From the NCBI GenBank assembly GCA_964016885.1, contig OZ024751.1, positions 27,404,001-27,468,000 of the forward strand: a stretch of DNA of 64,000 bases. Direction: 5' to 3'. The notes beneath the pieces are model-generated. The model saw only the letters and a list, made by a program, of their open reading frames with translations. It was not told where the DNA came from and searched no databases. Made by a program: the position numbers and the translations under genes. Within the stretch, counting starts at the first letter, position 1. Each line of letters opens with the position of its first letter. This document shows, piece by piece, positions 13,101 through 28,100 of this stretch. The stretch comes from Eledone cirrhosa (Eukaryota).

Positions 13101-16100
13101 GTGTAGCGTAGTGTGGTGTAGTATAGTGTGTAGTGTAGTGTGGTGTGGTGTAGTGTGATGTGGTGTAGTGTAGTGTGATGTGGTGTAGTGTGGTGTAGCG
13201 TAGTGTGGTGTAGTATAGTGTGTAGTGTAGTGTGGTGTGGTGTGGTGTGGTGTAGTGTAGTGTGATGTGGTGTAGTGTGATGTGGTGTAGTGTAGTGTGA
13301 TGTGGTGTAGTGTGGTGTAGCGTAGTGTGGTGTAGTATAGTGTGTAGTGTAGTGTGCTGTAGTGTGGTGTGGTGTGGTGTGGTGTGGTGTAGTGTGATGT
13401 GGTGTAGTGTGATGTGGTGTAGTGTAGTGTGATGTGGTGTAGTGTGGTGTAGCGTAGTGTGGTGTAGTATAGTGTGTAGTGTAGTGTGCTGTAGTGTGGT
13501 GTGGTGTGGTGTGGTGTGGTGTAGTGTGATGTGGTGTAGTGTGATGTGGTGTAGTGTAGTGTGATGTGGTGTAGTGTGGTGTAGCGTAGTGTGGTGTAGT
13601 ATAGTGTGTAGTGTAGTGTGGTGTGGTGTGGTGTGGTGTAGTGTAGTGTGATGTGGTGTAGTGTGATGTGGTGTAGTGTAGTGTGATGTGGTGTAGTGTG
13701 GTGTAGCGTAGTGTGGTGTAGTATAGTGTGTAGTGTAGTGTGCTGTAGTGTGGTGTAGTGTGGTGTGGTGTGGTGTGGTGTGGTGTGGTGTGGTGTGGTG
13801 TGGTGTGGTGTGGTGTGGTGTGGTGTAGTGTGATGTGGTGTAGTGTGATGTGGTGTAGTGTGATGTGGTGTAGTGTAGTGTGATGTGGTGTAGTGTGGTG
13901 TAGCGTAGTGTGGTGTAGCATAGTGTGTAGTGTAGCGTAGTGTGGTGTAGCATAGTGTGTAGTGTAGTGTGGTGTGGTGTAGTGTAGTGTAGTATGATGT
14001 GGTGTAGTGTAGTGTGATGTGGTGTAGCGTAGTGTGGTGTAGCGTAGTGTGGTGTAGCATAGTGCGCAGCGCAGCGTGACGCGGTGTGGTGTAGTGTAGT
14101 GCGGTGTGGTGTGGTGTGGTGCGGCATAGTGTGGTGCGGTGTGGTGTGACGTAGCGTAGTGTAGTGTAGTGTAGTGTAATAACTTACAGTCTTCTCTGGA
14201 GGGACCAACCCATTACCAACAGACACAGAACCATCAGCAATTAAACTTTCTCCAACTCTTTGTAACGTAATCTTTAATCGGTTTTTCATTGTAACATCAC
14301 TGACTTCTGGCTAAAATAGAGATGGTGGTGAGGTGAGTGGTGGTGGTGAGGTGAGTGGTGGGTGGGGTGAGTGGTGGTGGTGAGGTGAATGGTGGTGGTG
14401 GTGGGTGGTGGTGGGGTGAGAGGTGGTGGTGAGGTGAGTGGTGGTGGTGGGGTGAGTGGTTGTGGAGTGAAGGTAGGGGGTGAGGTGAATGGTGGCGGTG
14501 TTGGTGGGGTGAGGGGTAGTGAGGTGAGTGGTGGTGGTGGGGTGAGTAGTGGTGGTGGTGGTGGTATAGTCAGTGCTGTGTACTTACCCCATCAGAACTG
14601 AAGAAAATATAGACCTAGAAATAAACAAAAGAGAAAATAAGATATAAGATATGTATGGTAGCCTCTATTTAGAGGGAGATAACTATGTATGGTAGACTAT
14701 TTAATGTGGGGTAACTCTGTCATAGCCTCCATTTAACGGTAGGTAACTGTGTGGTAGCCTCTATTTTAGGGGAGGTAACTCTGCGTGGTTGCCTGTATGT
14801 ACGGAAGGGAAAGACTGTGTGGCTGATTCTATTAAAGTGGAGGTAAGTATGTGTGGTAGCCTCTATTTAAGCGGAGGTAATGATGTGTGGTAGCCTCTAT
14901 TACAGGAGAGGAAGCCTCTTTGGATGATAACCTCGTTTTGGGGGGAGGTAACTGTATCCCTCTATTTAATGGGAGTAAAACGAGGTAGCCACTATTTAAG
15001 TGAAGGTAACTGTGTTAGCCTCTAATGAGGGGGTGGTAACAGAGAAAGGCAAATATGATAGGGAAATAAGAAGCAGCAATAAGTAGTAGTAGTAGTAGTA
15101 GTGGTTGTGGTAGTAGTAGTAGTGGTAGTAGTAGTAGTATCAGTAGCGGTACTTACCGAGTACATGTAGTAGTCAAACAGCTGTGACATACAACTTATCA
15201 CATCAAAGGCAATCGGCTTCAAAATATTCATCATTTTCATATACCTCCCTTTAATACACAATGTTATTATTATTTTACTAACTTATTACATAACATTCAC
15301 TTAGTACATAACATTTACTCAGTACAAAACATTCACTTAGTATACATATTAACTTATTACAAAACATTCACTTAGTGTATAACATTCATTTAGTATAAAT
15401 AATTGTTTCTACTTTAGGCACAAGGCCAGCAATTACCCAGTACATTACTGGTACCTTATTTTATCGACCCCCGTAAGGATGAAAGGCAAAGTTAACCTCG
15501 GCGGGATTTGAACTCAGACTGTAAAGGGTATAAATAATACTAACTTATTACATATTACCAACTTAGTATACATATTACTAACTTATTATATAACATTTAC
15601 TTAGTACATAACATTCACATTTCACAATGTGCATGCTCAAAATTTTAACGTCTTTTCATTCCATTTAACTTAAATCTATTTTCCTAACAACTCATCCTCG
15701 ATTGACCCTTTAAGATCTTCACAGCGACACTCCTTTGGTAATGGGTTTTTAAACCTGAAAATATTTGGAATTATTAAATTTGCTAACGTAAGATTCTATT
15801 GTTATCTTGGCACCTTTAATTTTCTAATGCATTGTATGGTTTTCAAAATTATTTCAATTTTCATATATATATAAGTACATATATCACTAAGTTAGTACTT
15901 ATATCACTAAGTTAGTACATATATCACTAAGTTAGTACATATATCACTAAGTTAGTACATATATCACTAAGTTAGTACATATATCACTAAGTTAGTACAT
16001 ATATCACTAAGTTAGTACATATATCACTAAGTTAGTACATATATCACTAAGTTAGTACATATATCACTAATTTAGTACTTATATCACTAAGTTAGTACAT

Positions 16101-19100
16101 ATATCACTAAGTTAGTACATATATCACTAAGTTAGTACATATATCACTAAGTTAGTACATATATCACTAAGTTAGTACATATATCACTAAGTTAGTACAT
16201 ATATCACTAAGTTAGTACATATATCACTAAGTTAGTACATATATCACTAAGTTAGTACTTATATCACTAAGTTAGTACTTATATCACTAAGTTAGTACTT
16301 ATATCACTAAGTTAGTACATATATCACTAAGTTAGTACATATATCACTAAGTTAGTACATATATCACTAAGTTAGTACATATATCACTAAGTTAGTACAT
16401 ATATCACTAAGTTAGTACATATATCACTAAGTTAGTACATATATCACTAAGTTAGTTCTTATATCACTAAGTTAGTACATATATCACTAAGTTAGTACAT
16501 ATATCACTAAGTTAGTACTTACCTATGACGCGGAGTATATTGAGTGAGGTATTAGTAACAATGGCCACAGATTTCAGTCCACTCCTACTTCGTGTACGAG
16601 GTCGATGACTGAGGGAAGAAACATATACAACTGTTTAGCTTCATTAGTGTCAGTCATGGGGGGAACACTACTGTCATGGGGGTCACACTAGTCATGGGGG
16701 TCACACTACTGTCATGGAGTCACACTACTGTCATGGGGGGGGGGGGGGGGGGGGCACACTACTGTCATGGGGGGGCACACTACTGTCATGGGGGTCAGAC
16801 TGCTGTCATGGGGGTCAGACTGCTGCAGGGCCGTCATATATAGTGAGGGGACAGCAACGTACCTGTGTGCATCTCCAGTATGTTCATCAATAAACTCCTG
16901 CTTTAACTCCTCAGCAATGTCAGAGTCACTGTCACTACCAATACTACCATCAGCATCATAGTCCTGAAATATAGGGTAGAGGTGATAGTGGTGGTGGTGT
17001 GAGGTGGTGGTGGTGGTGTGAGGTGTGGGGTGGTGGTGGTGTGAGGTGGTGGTGGTGGTGGGGTGAGGTGGTGGTGGTGGTGGCGTGAGGTGGTGGTGGT
17101 GGTGGCGTGAGGTGGTGGTGTGAGGTGATGGTGGTGTGAGGTGATGGTGGTGGTGGTGTGAGGTCATAGTGGTGGTGGTGGGGTGTCAGGTGGTGGTGGT
17201 GGTGGTAGTGAGTTGATAGTGGTGTGTGAGGTGGTGGTAGGTGGTGGTGGTATGAGGTGGTGTGAGGCAGTGGTGGGTGGTGGTGGTGAGGTGGTGGTGG
17301 TGGTGAGGGGTGATAGTGGTGGTGGTGGTGAGAGGTGATAGTGGTGAGAGGTGGTGGTGGTGGTGGTGGTGAGAGGTGATAGTGGTGGTGAGAAGTGGTG
17401 GTGTGAGGTGATAGTGGTGGAAGTAGTGAGAGGGTAGAGGTGGTGGTGGTGGTGGTGGTGGTGGTATGAGGTGGTGGTGGTGATGGTATTAGGGGTAATG
17501 AGAGACAGCAAATGTCACTGACCAATGTCCTAGCAAAGACATCCTCCTGTACATCTTCTTCAAGCTGAAGATCAAAGGGATTTCGTTTTTCCTCCGAACC
17601 TTTAAAGTAAACCTCACATTCCTCCTTCAGTTCAAACTGATTGCCGCCACTCACAGAATTATTGCAGCTGTTTAGATTCCAATTCTGCATAAATCGGAAT
17701 TCCTGCAATACACCAACATTGGAGAATACTGTATACTTACTGAATGACACATGTGAACACAATGTCTAACATGTAGTGAACACAATATAACTTTAAGTCA
17801 TGTTCTGTTTTGTTTTATTAATTTTCCCATCATTTATTTGATTTTGTAATATAAATGGAAAGCTAATGTAAGATTGAGACAAATCTTTACTTTTATTGAG
17901 ATAAACATGTAGCGAATTTATTGTTAGTAACATCTAGGGAAATTATTGTTAGTAAGATATAGGGAAATTATTGTTAGTAACATGTAGGGATCTTCTTCAA
18001 CATCATTCTTTTTTTTTTTAAAAAGCAAACAACTCCCACCCCAGGATTTATTGTTTCCTGTTGAATTTCTTGATAATGAAATAAAATTCTGATTTCATTA
18101 ATTGTCAATAAATACAAGTTTGACGTAATAGCCAGACTTTCTGTGGGGGCAGAAGATTTAATTAGATACAGAGGCTTTCTAATGTACAGTCATAATAAAT
18201 GTTATATTTTATTGAAATGTCTAATTCTAGAACAATCACAACTGCAATGTACTTTACATTAAAAATAAACCAGTAAAAATATAAGGGAATTATTTGAACA
18301 GTTCGTCAGTTAACTACTCTGTTATTGAGGCTCAGAGAAACATAAATCTAAACTATCTTTTAGACAATTTCACCTTTACCTGTGGAACTGTGTGGCCTAG
18401 TGGTAAGAATGTTGGACTTACAATCATGATGTTGTGGGTTCCATTCTTGGACTGGGTGGAGTGTTGTTTTCTTGAGCAAAACACTTCATTTTACATTGCT
18501 CCAGTATACTCAGCTGCAGTACCAACAATAGCTGGAGTTTAACTCTATGATGGACTGGTGTCCTGTCCAAGGGCAAGTCATATACTCTCAGTCGCTTCAC
18601 ACCATGAAACCAGGATAAGCACTGGCCTGATGAGCGTCAGGGCTTCAGACAGACTTTAGATTATCAATAGATAGATGTATACTACGTCAGGGCTTCAGAC
18701 AGACTTTAGATTATCAATAGATAGATGTATACTACGTCAGGGCTTCAGACAGACTTTAGATTATCAATAGATAGATGTATACTAAACAAATCGCTATAAT
18801 GTACAATAGAATGTAGTAGATTATATAGATTTTATAGTAAACATCTGTAGATATATTCTATAGTAGAACATAACATTGAATTTCAGGGTGTGTCTGGTTT
18901 AGAAGTCGTAAGCCACATCCATATTATAAGTGTTGCTACCAATAAAAGGGATCCAGTTGTAAAACATTGCCTCATCATGGTGAATATAAAGCCCTTCTTG
19001 GGGCTGATTCCTACTTTAATATGGAAAATAATAGTAGTAATAGTGGTGGTGGTAGTAGTAGTAGTAGTAATAGTAGTAGTAGTAGTAGTAGTAATAGTAG

Positions 19101-22100
19101 TAGTAGTAGTAGTAGATGGTTCCTACCAGAAGTTGAAGGAGATTAAAGTTGGATCGTACTGGACATAATTCCCAACCTTCGTTCTCTAAGAACATACGTA
19201 ACTCATCCATTCTCGATCTACAAATAGAGAAATATATAACACAGCTGTAGAAATATACACATGTGTGTGTATGTATGAGTGCATGTATGTGTGTGCATGT
19301 GTGAATGTGTGTGTGTGAGGAATTTGTGTATATGTGTGTGTATATGTGTGAGTGTGTGTGTGTATGTATGTATGACAGATTGCTGTTCAACGCTACAGGT
19401 AACATGTAACCTAGTACAACCTGTGCATGGTCGGTTCGTCAGCGACTAAACCGGCAACCCCACCAAGCCTGCCTGGCGAGGAGGGTGATTTGGGACACCC
19501 TGCGGGATGAAAAACAAAACTCGTCAAAGAGTGGAGGAACTCAGGAGCGTCAACGGCCATCCAATAAAGTACCATCGAATAAAGTACCTTTTTTGTGGAG
19601 TGAGAGACTCCTAGTCTTCCTTAAGACATCTCTCTTGGAGAAGGTCACTCTGATATAAAACCTACGACTTCATTTACATCCAATGATGTAGACCAGTTCT
19701 ATACGAACGAGACACGGTCACCCGACCAATCTTGCCTCAAACGGGACAATCCCGCCTAACCCATGCTAGCGTGGAAGATGGATGTTAAACGATGATGATG
19801 ATGATGATGATCTGTGTGTGTGGAACTAAACAACAACAACATCAAGCATATTAAAGCTGACATAAATGAATGCAATATTAACAAACCTATGATGGTTGCG
19901 GAAATAATTAAGACTTTGTTGTCGGAGGACATCTTGGAGACTCTCAGACTTACTGCCACAGAACTCCTCACCAATTTCTATCAATCTGAAATAAGGAAAA
20001 TATTGAAGTTTCTACATTAACACACACGGACATTACACACACATAGACACACATACACCTTGCCAGTGACATACACAGACATAGACACACATACACCTTG
20101 CAAGTGACATACACACACACATAGACACACATACACCTTGCAAGTGACATACACACACACATAGACACACATACACCTTGCAAGTGACATACACACACAT
20201 ACACCTTGCAAGTGACATACACACACATATACACACATACACCTTGCAAGTGACATACACACACACATAGACACGCATACACCTTGCAAGTGACATACAT
20301 ACACATACACACACATACATACACTTGCCAAATGACACACACACACCCACATTTTTCAAAGGAGAGAGAGACACCAGTGATGTAAGATCAGTCAAAACAC
20401 ACCTGTCTACCTGTCAGTCAATGACATACCTGTTAACCAGATCCAAGACGAGAATGAATTCTTCAAATTTAAAGAATGACAGGTCAGTCCCCAGAATGAA
20501 TGTCTTCACCTTCTGTTGAACATCTTGCCAGATACGTAACATACCATGTTGTAGTTTCTGTTGGACATAACGTTGGTTGAACGACAGTTCCTCTTTATTT
20601 GTGGACGGTGGCTCTGTAATGAGTTAACACATTTACACATACACACTGATTGACTAATATATTACATATATATATCATCATCATCATCATTTTTACATCT
20701 GCTTTTCCTTGCTTGCAAGGGTGGGACAGGTCCTTTTCAGCACGACCAAGCATAGATGAGTTGAGAGAGAAACTGTGTATAAGAGGGATAAGTTGTAGTG
20801 TGTGGGAGAGAAGACTGTGATAGTATGAACATGTGATGCACATGGAGGATGACCACTGGGTGAAGAACGCAGTAGAGGAAGACCACGGAAAGCATGGGTG
20901 GAGGTGGTGAGAGCTGACCTCGGATCGCTGAAGCTCACAAAAGAAATGATGAAGGACTGTGACCAATGGAGAGATGCTGAAGAGGACCCATTGCACCCTT
21001 GCAAGCAGGGAAAAGTGGATGGTGATGATTATATATATATATATATAATACTTGGCGTGGCAATAAAGTCTTTAGAATAACCCTTTAAATGAAAATGCAC
21101 AACATATTTAAACTAAAATTTATTTATTCTGAAAAATATAATCTTCATTGAATGCAATAACATCTTTACAGTGCTTATGCAAAGCATTTAAGTCTTTCTG
21201 GAAATATTCCTTCAGCAATTGTCAAAACTAGTGCAACAATTCATCTACCACCTCTTCTAATGAACTGTTGTAAAGATAACACATCTAAAACTACTGTAGA
21301 CTGAGAAGACAACACAACTAAAACTTCAAAGTCACTGTCACTTCTTTCTTTGAAAAATATCTAGCTATTTGAACAAATGTCATGTCAAAAGAATTGTAGA
21401 CTGTTTTCCAATCGTATTACTTAGTTTCATATAAACTTCAATTCAATACATACAATGAATATGAATTGAATTAATGTAATAAAACAGCAGCAATGCTGAG
21501 TTTTAAATAGTCACAGTTTCACTGATCATTAAGTACTATGTGTAAAACATGTGGATAACTTCCAATTGTAAAGAACTGTTCAAGAAAGTTTCATAGATTG
21601 TCATTGTAAAGCAAGGTTAAGGGGAGAGAAGTTTAGAGTGATTAGTCAACAGAATCATCTATGAGAAGGAATTACATAGAACAAGAAACATTAACACTTA
21701 CCAGTATCTGGAATGTCGGCATTGTGTTCCTCGTGCCATAGCATTGTCTTGTAGTGGCACTTCATCACTTCCCATAATGCTTTGCAGAGATCAGTGAGGC
21801 AAGGTGTAAAGCTCTCCACAGTGATATGCTGTATAGAAGAAGTCAGACATTGACATACACACATGAAGAAATTGCAAATATTAGCCCTTCCATACTGAAC
21901 TGTATGAAAACACTCCTGTTTCTAGGATACAAAACGGTTTATTTGAAAATGTTTATATTTATCTAAAAACTTTTCATCAAAATTTTACGTAAGAACCTTT
22001 CAGTTATGTTCCAAACACCAGCTTAATAATGATAATGTTAGATATATTAGTAAATACCTCTAAATTCATGAATGTTTTCAAAATGATTTCAATATCAAAA

Positions 22101-25100
22101 GCAATGTCATTCATTAGAAATATAGTAACGAAAGGGTTAATGAAAATGTTTGTCTAACATACATATACACTGCCTCAGAAAAGCAAACTTGATCTCTGTG
22201 AGATCTATAACAAAGGAGTTTAAGACTGGTTTCCCTTCGGAACTCCTGTATGCAGACGATTTCACACACTCAGCTGAATCTATGGCAGAGAAGAAATTCC
22301 AAACCTGGAAACATGGCCAAGAAACAAAGGGTCTTAAAGTCAACCTGACAAAGACTAAGGTCCTCATAAGTAGAAGGGAAAACAGATCCATAATCCTCTC
22401 GGGGAAATGGCCTTGCTCAGTATGAAGGAAAGGTGTAGGTAGAAATTCCATCCACTGTCCCAAATGCAAACTATGGGTACACAAGAGAAGTAGTGGGATC
22501 TCAGGTAGTTTAGGCTTTACATGTAGCAGTTGCACCGGGACAGTAAGCAACAAACAACCACAGAAAACAAGAGCTATCAAATTCTGGGAGGGCTCGGTAG
22601 AAACAGTAGACAGCTTCTGCTACCTGGGTGACCAAATTAGCAGCGGAGATGGGTGTTCTGAAAGTAGAGTAGCCAGAGTAAGAATGGGATGGAAGAAGTT
22701 CAGGGAGGTACTACCACTGTTGGCTACAAAAAGCTTTTCCCTCAGAATGAAAGGCAGACTGTATGATGCGTGTATACAGACAGCAATGTTACATGGTAGC
22801 AGGACTTGGGACTTACATAGGTTGGAAATAAAATGAATCTTGCATGCTCCGATGGATGTGTACTAGTAATATACACAAATGGCAAAGCATAAACAGAGAG
22901 AGACTAGGCATAAGAGGAATTAGATGCAGTGTGCAGGAGAGAAGATTGCATTGACAGCTGTATTAAAAGGTGCAGAACACCAAGCCAAAATCGGTTTTGT
23001 ATGAGCAAGATATGGTCATCCGACCTCAACTTGCCTTAAACCCATGCTAGCGACCCGGATGAAAGGCAAAGCTAACCTCAGCGAGTCTTGAACTCAGAAC
23101 GTAAAGGGCCGTAACTCTATCCTGCAAAGCATGGGGTCTGACATTGTACTGACACTGCCAATCCACCACCCTAAAATAATTGTTTCTACTTTTGGCACAA
23201 GGCCAACAAATACCCAGTACATTACTGGTACTTTATTTTATCGACCCCGAAAGGATGAAAGGCAAAGTTAACCTCGGCGAGATTTGAACTCAGAACATAA
23301 AGGGCTATAACTCTATGCCATAAAGCATGTTGTCTGACGTTCTACCAATGGCTCAGATTTGTTGTTTCTTAATCTTTTGGAAGTGTAATTTGATGTCACA
23401 GCAAAGGTAGCTATCATCATCATCACCACCACCATCACCACCATCATCATCACCACCACCATCACCACCATCACCATCATCATCAACACCACCATCACCA
23501 CCATCACCATCATCATCAACACCACCATCACCACCATCACCATCATCATCACCACCAACACCACCATCACCATCATCATCAACACCACCATCACCACCAT
23601 CATCAACACCACCATCACCACCATCATCATCAACACCACCATCACCACCACCAACACCACCATCACCAACACCACCATCATCATCATCACCATCACCACC
23701 ATCAACACCATCAACACCACATATCAAGGTAATGTAGTTGTAGATAAACTATGCTTGAATATCGAATAGGATGGTTATGGCTGGACTGACGATCTGAGAG
23801 GAAAAGCAAGATGTCAGAAACAGGGAGTTGTGGGATGTGGAGGAGGGGAGATAAATGTAGACAACAATAACACCAAGTAATGTGACAACTGAATCTACAC
23901 CTAGCATAGCAACAGGGAGACACACCCTACATCTTACATAGCAACAGGAGGGGACACTACATCTAACATAGCAACAGGAGGGGACACTACATCTAACATA
24001 GCAACAGGAGGGGACACTACATCTAACATAGCAACAGGGACAAACACACTACATCTTACATAGCAACAGTGGGGGGACACTACATCTAACATAGCATTGG
24101 GGTGGGGGACACTACATTTAACATAGCAACAGGAGGAACACTACATCTAGCATAGCAACAGAAGGAACACTACATATAACATAGCAACAGGGGGAACACT
24201 ACATCTTACATAGCAACAGGGGGGAATACATCTAGCATAGCAAGTGGGGGAACACTTGCACCTAACATAGCAACAGGGGGGACAACTGCACCTAACATAG
24301 CAACAGGGGAGACAACTGCACTTAACATAGCAACAGGGCGGACAACTGCACCTAACATAGCAACAGGGGGGGGGGACACTACATGTTACATAGCAACGGG
24401 GAGGAACAGAACTAGTAAGTGCTTGAGCATTCCACAGACATCTGTGTGAACCCCTTAATGTAATTCTCAGGGAGATCCAACATGGCACAATGTGACAAGG
24501 CAGTCCATTGGTGAGGGGGAGACGTGTTGAGGCTAGGGTGATGTACTGTCAGTGTGAGGTGTAACAGAGGAGATTGTGAAGCATCTTAACCACCACTGCC
24601 CCACTATTCAGTGCCACCACTGCCCCACTATTCACTGCCACCACTGCCCCACTATTCAGTGCCACCACTGCCCCACTATTCACTGCCACCACTGCCCCAC
24701 TATTCAGTGCCACCACTGCCCCACTATTCACTGCCACCACTGCCCCACTATTCAGTGCCACCACTGCCCCACTATTCAGTGCCACCACTGCCCCACTATT
24801 CACTGCCACCACTGCCCCACTATTCACTGCCACCACTGCCCCACTATTCAGTGCCACCACTGCCCCACTATTCACTGCCACCACTGCCCCACTATTCAGT
24901 GCCACCACTGCCCCACTATTCAGTGCCACCACTGCCCCACTATTCAGTGCCACCACTGCCCCACTATTCACTGCCACCACTGCCCCACTATTCACTGCCA
25001 CCACTGCCCCACTATTCAGTGCCACCACTGCCCCACTATTCACTGCCACCACTGCCCCACTATTCAGTGCCACCACTGCCCCACTATTCAGTGCCACCAC

Positions 25101-28100
25101 TGCCCCACTATTCACTGCCACCACTGCCCCACTATTCACTGCCACCACTGCCCCACTATTCAGTGCCACCACTGCCCCACTATTCAGTGCCACCACAAAT
25201 ATACACAGACACACAGACACACACACATATAAGTAGCTAAATACTATCCCTAGTATGGGGGTCTCCATGCAAAATATGTAGAAAGCAGGTAAATATGTGT
25301 ATGAGCATGGCCATATAGAGTGCATTTGTGTGTGTATGTGTGCAGCTAATTGCATAAACTAGTGCAGCAAACAATGTAAAAATCCTCCATACAAGTTGAC
25401 CTCAGGATTTGAACTTGAAGCAGAAAGAACTGCAGCAAATATCATTAGACAATCCGACACTCTAACGACTTGGCCAATTCAGAAAGCAAAAGGTATAAAA
25501 TCCTACACACATCACATATGTAGAATAAGGTGACAACCATATAATATTGGCAGTAAAACATACAATAATATAAAAGATTGATAAGTTTCGAAAAGTTGGG
25601 ACAATACCTAAAGGGCAAAGGATGACAGAACAAAGTAATGTTTTACCCAGTATATTTCAGCATGATATTTCAGGGTTATTACCCTCTTTTCAAATGTGTG
25701 GCTGAAACAGTTCTATTTTATTTCTCACCCTTTGCCTTTTATATATTTCTACTGCATTGTAACAACTTTTTGAAACTTATCGATCTTTTATTACATATCT
25801 CACAATACTTCATATTAACTATACTACGTTAATATAGTGATCAAAAATATGAATACACCAAAATAATTGATGAAATTGGGAAGACAATGTGTACAAATTT
25901 ATAAAATTCATTATACATATATATATATATATATATGCACACACATACATACACACACATACACTCGCATACATACACACATATACACACACAGACAGAC
26001 ATACAGACATTTTCTTCTTGAGCTACTATCCTAAAGTTAAAAAGGAGGACTCTATTTTCGCTGATAAAATAGAATATCACAGGGGTATATTTCAAGGAGA
26101 CAGTCTTTCTGTGCTACTATTTATCCTGTCATTAAACCCCTTGTCCTTTCTCCCATAAATGGCTCACAGGAGGACAGAAATACGAATCTAGCCCACAATT
26201 TCTTTGTGGATGACCTGAAACTAAACCAAGAGCATAAATGCGATGAAGAAAAATCTTGAACTGGTTACAATGTTTTCAAAGGATGCCCTTCCTAATGTGG
26301 TTAGCGTTAGGAAGGGCATCCAGCCAGAGAAAGCCAACCAGAAATCGTCCTATACGAGCGAGACACGACACCCGACCACACTTGCCTCAAATGGGACAAA
26401 CCCGTCTAACTCATCTTAGCGCGGAACATAGACGTTAAATGATGACGATGATGATGATAGGAATGGAGTTTGGCCAAGATAAATTTTTATGATTGTAAAG
26501 TGGGGAAAAACTACAACCCAATGTAGCAACATTTGTATCAATGGCCTAACTGTTTCACCGATATCTGATGAGGACTGCTACAGATACCTGGGGATAGATG
26601 AGAATATATCCCATGAGAGTACATGTAACAAGGAACGCGTAACCAGGGAATATTACACCCGATTAAGAAAAATATGGTCATCTGAAATCTCTGCACACAA
26701 TAAAACAGTGGCTCACAATGTATTTACTGTGCCTGTCCTAACACCAATGTTTGGAATACTCAATTGGACGATAGACGAAATCTGAACAATTGATGTTAAA
26801 ACCAAAAAATACTAAACAACACAGGAAACTTCCACATCAAAAATGACATAGACCGCCTCTACTTGAAACGTAAGCAGGAAGGCAGAGGCCTAACACCAGT
26901 CCAGACAGCATTTGAATGTCGGACCAACAACCGCTATATTGGCTCCCACTTTGAAGGATACGCTTTTGCAATCCAAGAACAGGAAATCAATACAAAGAAC
27001 CTGATTCACAAAAGATATAAGAATGCAAGCAAAACACCTAGATGTGATAACAAATGCTGAATTTGCAGAATTAACACCGAAGATGTCACCCATGTCATAA
27101 GCAACTGTACAAAGATGTCATCATGGTACTATCTACCTATGAGGCATGATGTAAAGGCCAAAACACTGTACAATGCAATCCGTAGAAAAGATAGCCCCGA
27201 CAATAAATTTATTAAAAGTGACAGCAATGTTGAAGATATATACATACATATTATGAAAGAGCACTGGTGGAATGTTCCAGTTAAAACCCCAATAAAATGT
27301 AGGTATGATAGACTAGATATAATGATATGGGACAGGGAAAAGAAAGCATGCACAGTAGTGAAAGTTAGCTGCCCAGCAGATGTCAATATAATATAAAAGA
27401 TTAGTTAAAGGAATCTACAGATACTCTACTCTGACTATACCTTCAGATTTATACCTGTGATTATTGGGGCACTGGGATATGTTAGTAACTGCCTCAGTAC
27501 AAATCTTGAGAAGCTGGGCTTCACAGAAACAGAAAGAACACAACTAGGAAATTACAAGTACAATCCATTAATGGAACAGTAAAAATATGTAAAACATTCC
27601 AAAAATTCTGCATGTAATAATTGCATGTACACATGTACAGATACAGAACATATGCACATGCACATATACAACTCAAAACATCCACATCCACACATACAAT
27701 AACACCCATACCAGCATATACACGCATGTATGCAGACATGCATACATATCTACCTAGTTGATGTCTAAATTTCATTAAGAGAGTCTTGTATCTATGTTAG
27801 AAACCAACTCTCTCTTTTGGTAAAAATTTATAAAATTATAAAACTAGAAAACACACACACATAGAAAGACCTGGGCAGAGGTTGTGTAGCTGACCTCAAA
27901 TGGCTAAGACTGGCAGAGAAGATGAAGGAACGCACACATATATACACACACAAGCATAAATCAATATTCATATATGCGTGTGTGTGTCTGTGTATACATA
28001 AAGGGGTCGGCTGAAAAGTTCATAGGCTGACCAAGATACTCTCATGGAATGTGACCAAATGAGGTTTATTTTTCAACATAGTCCAGCCTGTGGTCCACAC

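Noticed and set aside
14320-14565. Repeated GAGGTGAGT donor-like motifs
   Set aside because: They are on the strand opposite VPS50 and derive from a (GGT)n repeat.
18626-18660. CTGATGA hammerhead core in a SINE tail (also 5388 and 58838)
   Set aside because: No properly placed GAAA or stem III follows.
19395-19500. Possible HDV-like ribozyme at the RTE-like 5' end (..gactaaaccggc)
   Set aside because: Only a simple hairpin is visible; P3/P1.1/P4 pseudoknot elements could not be placed.
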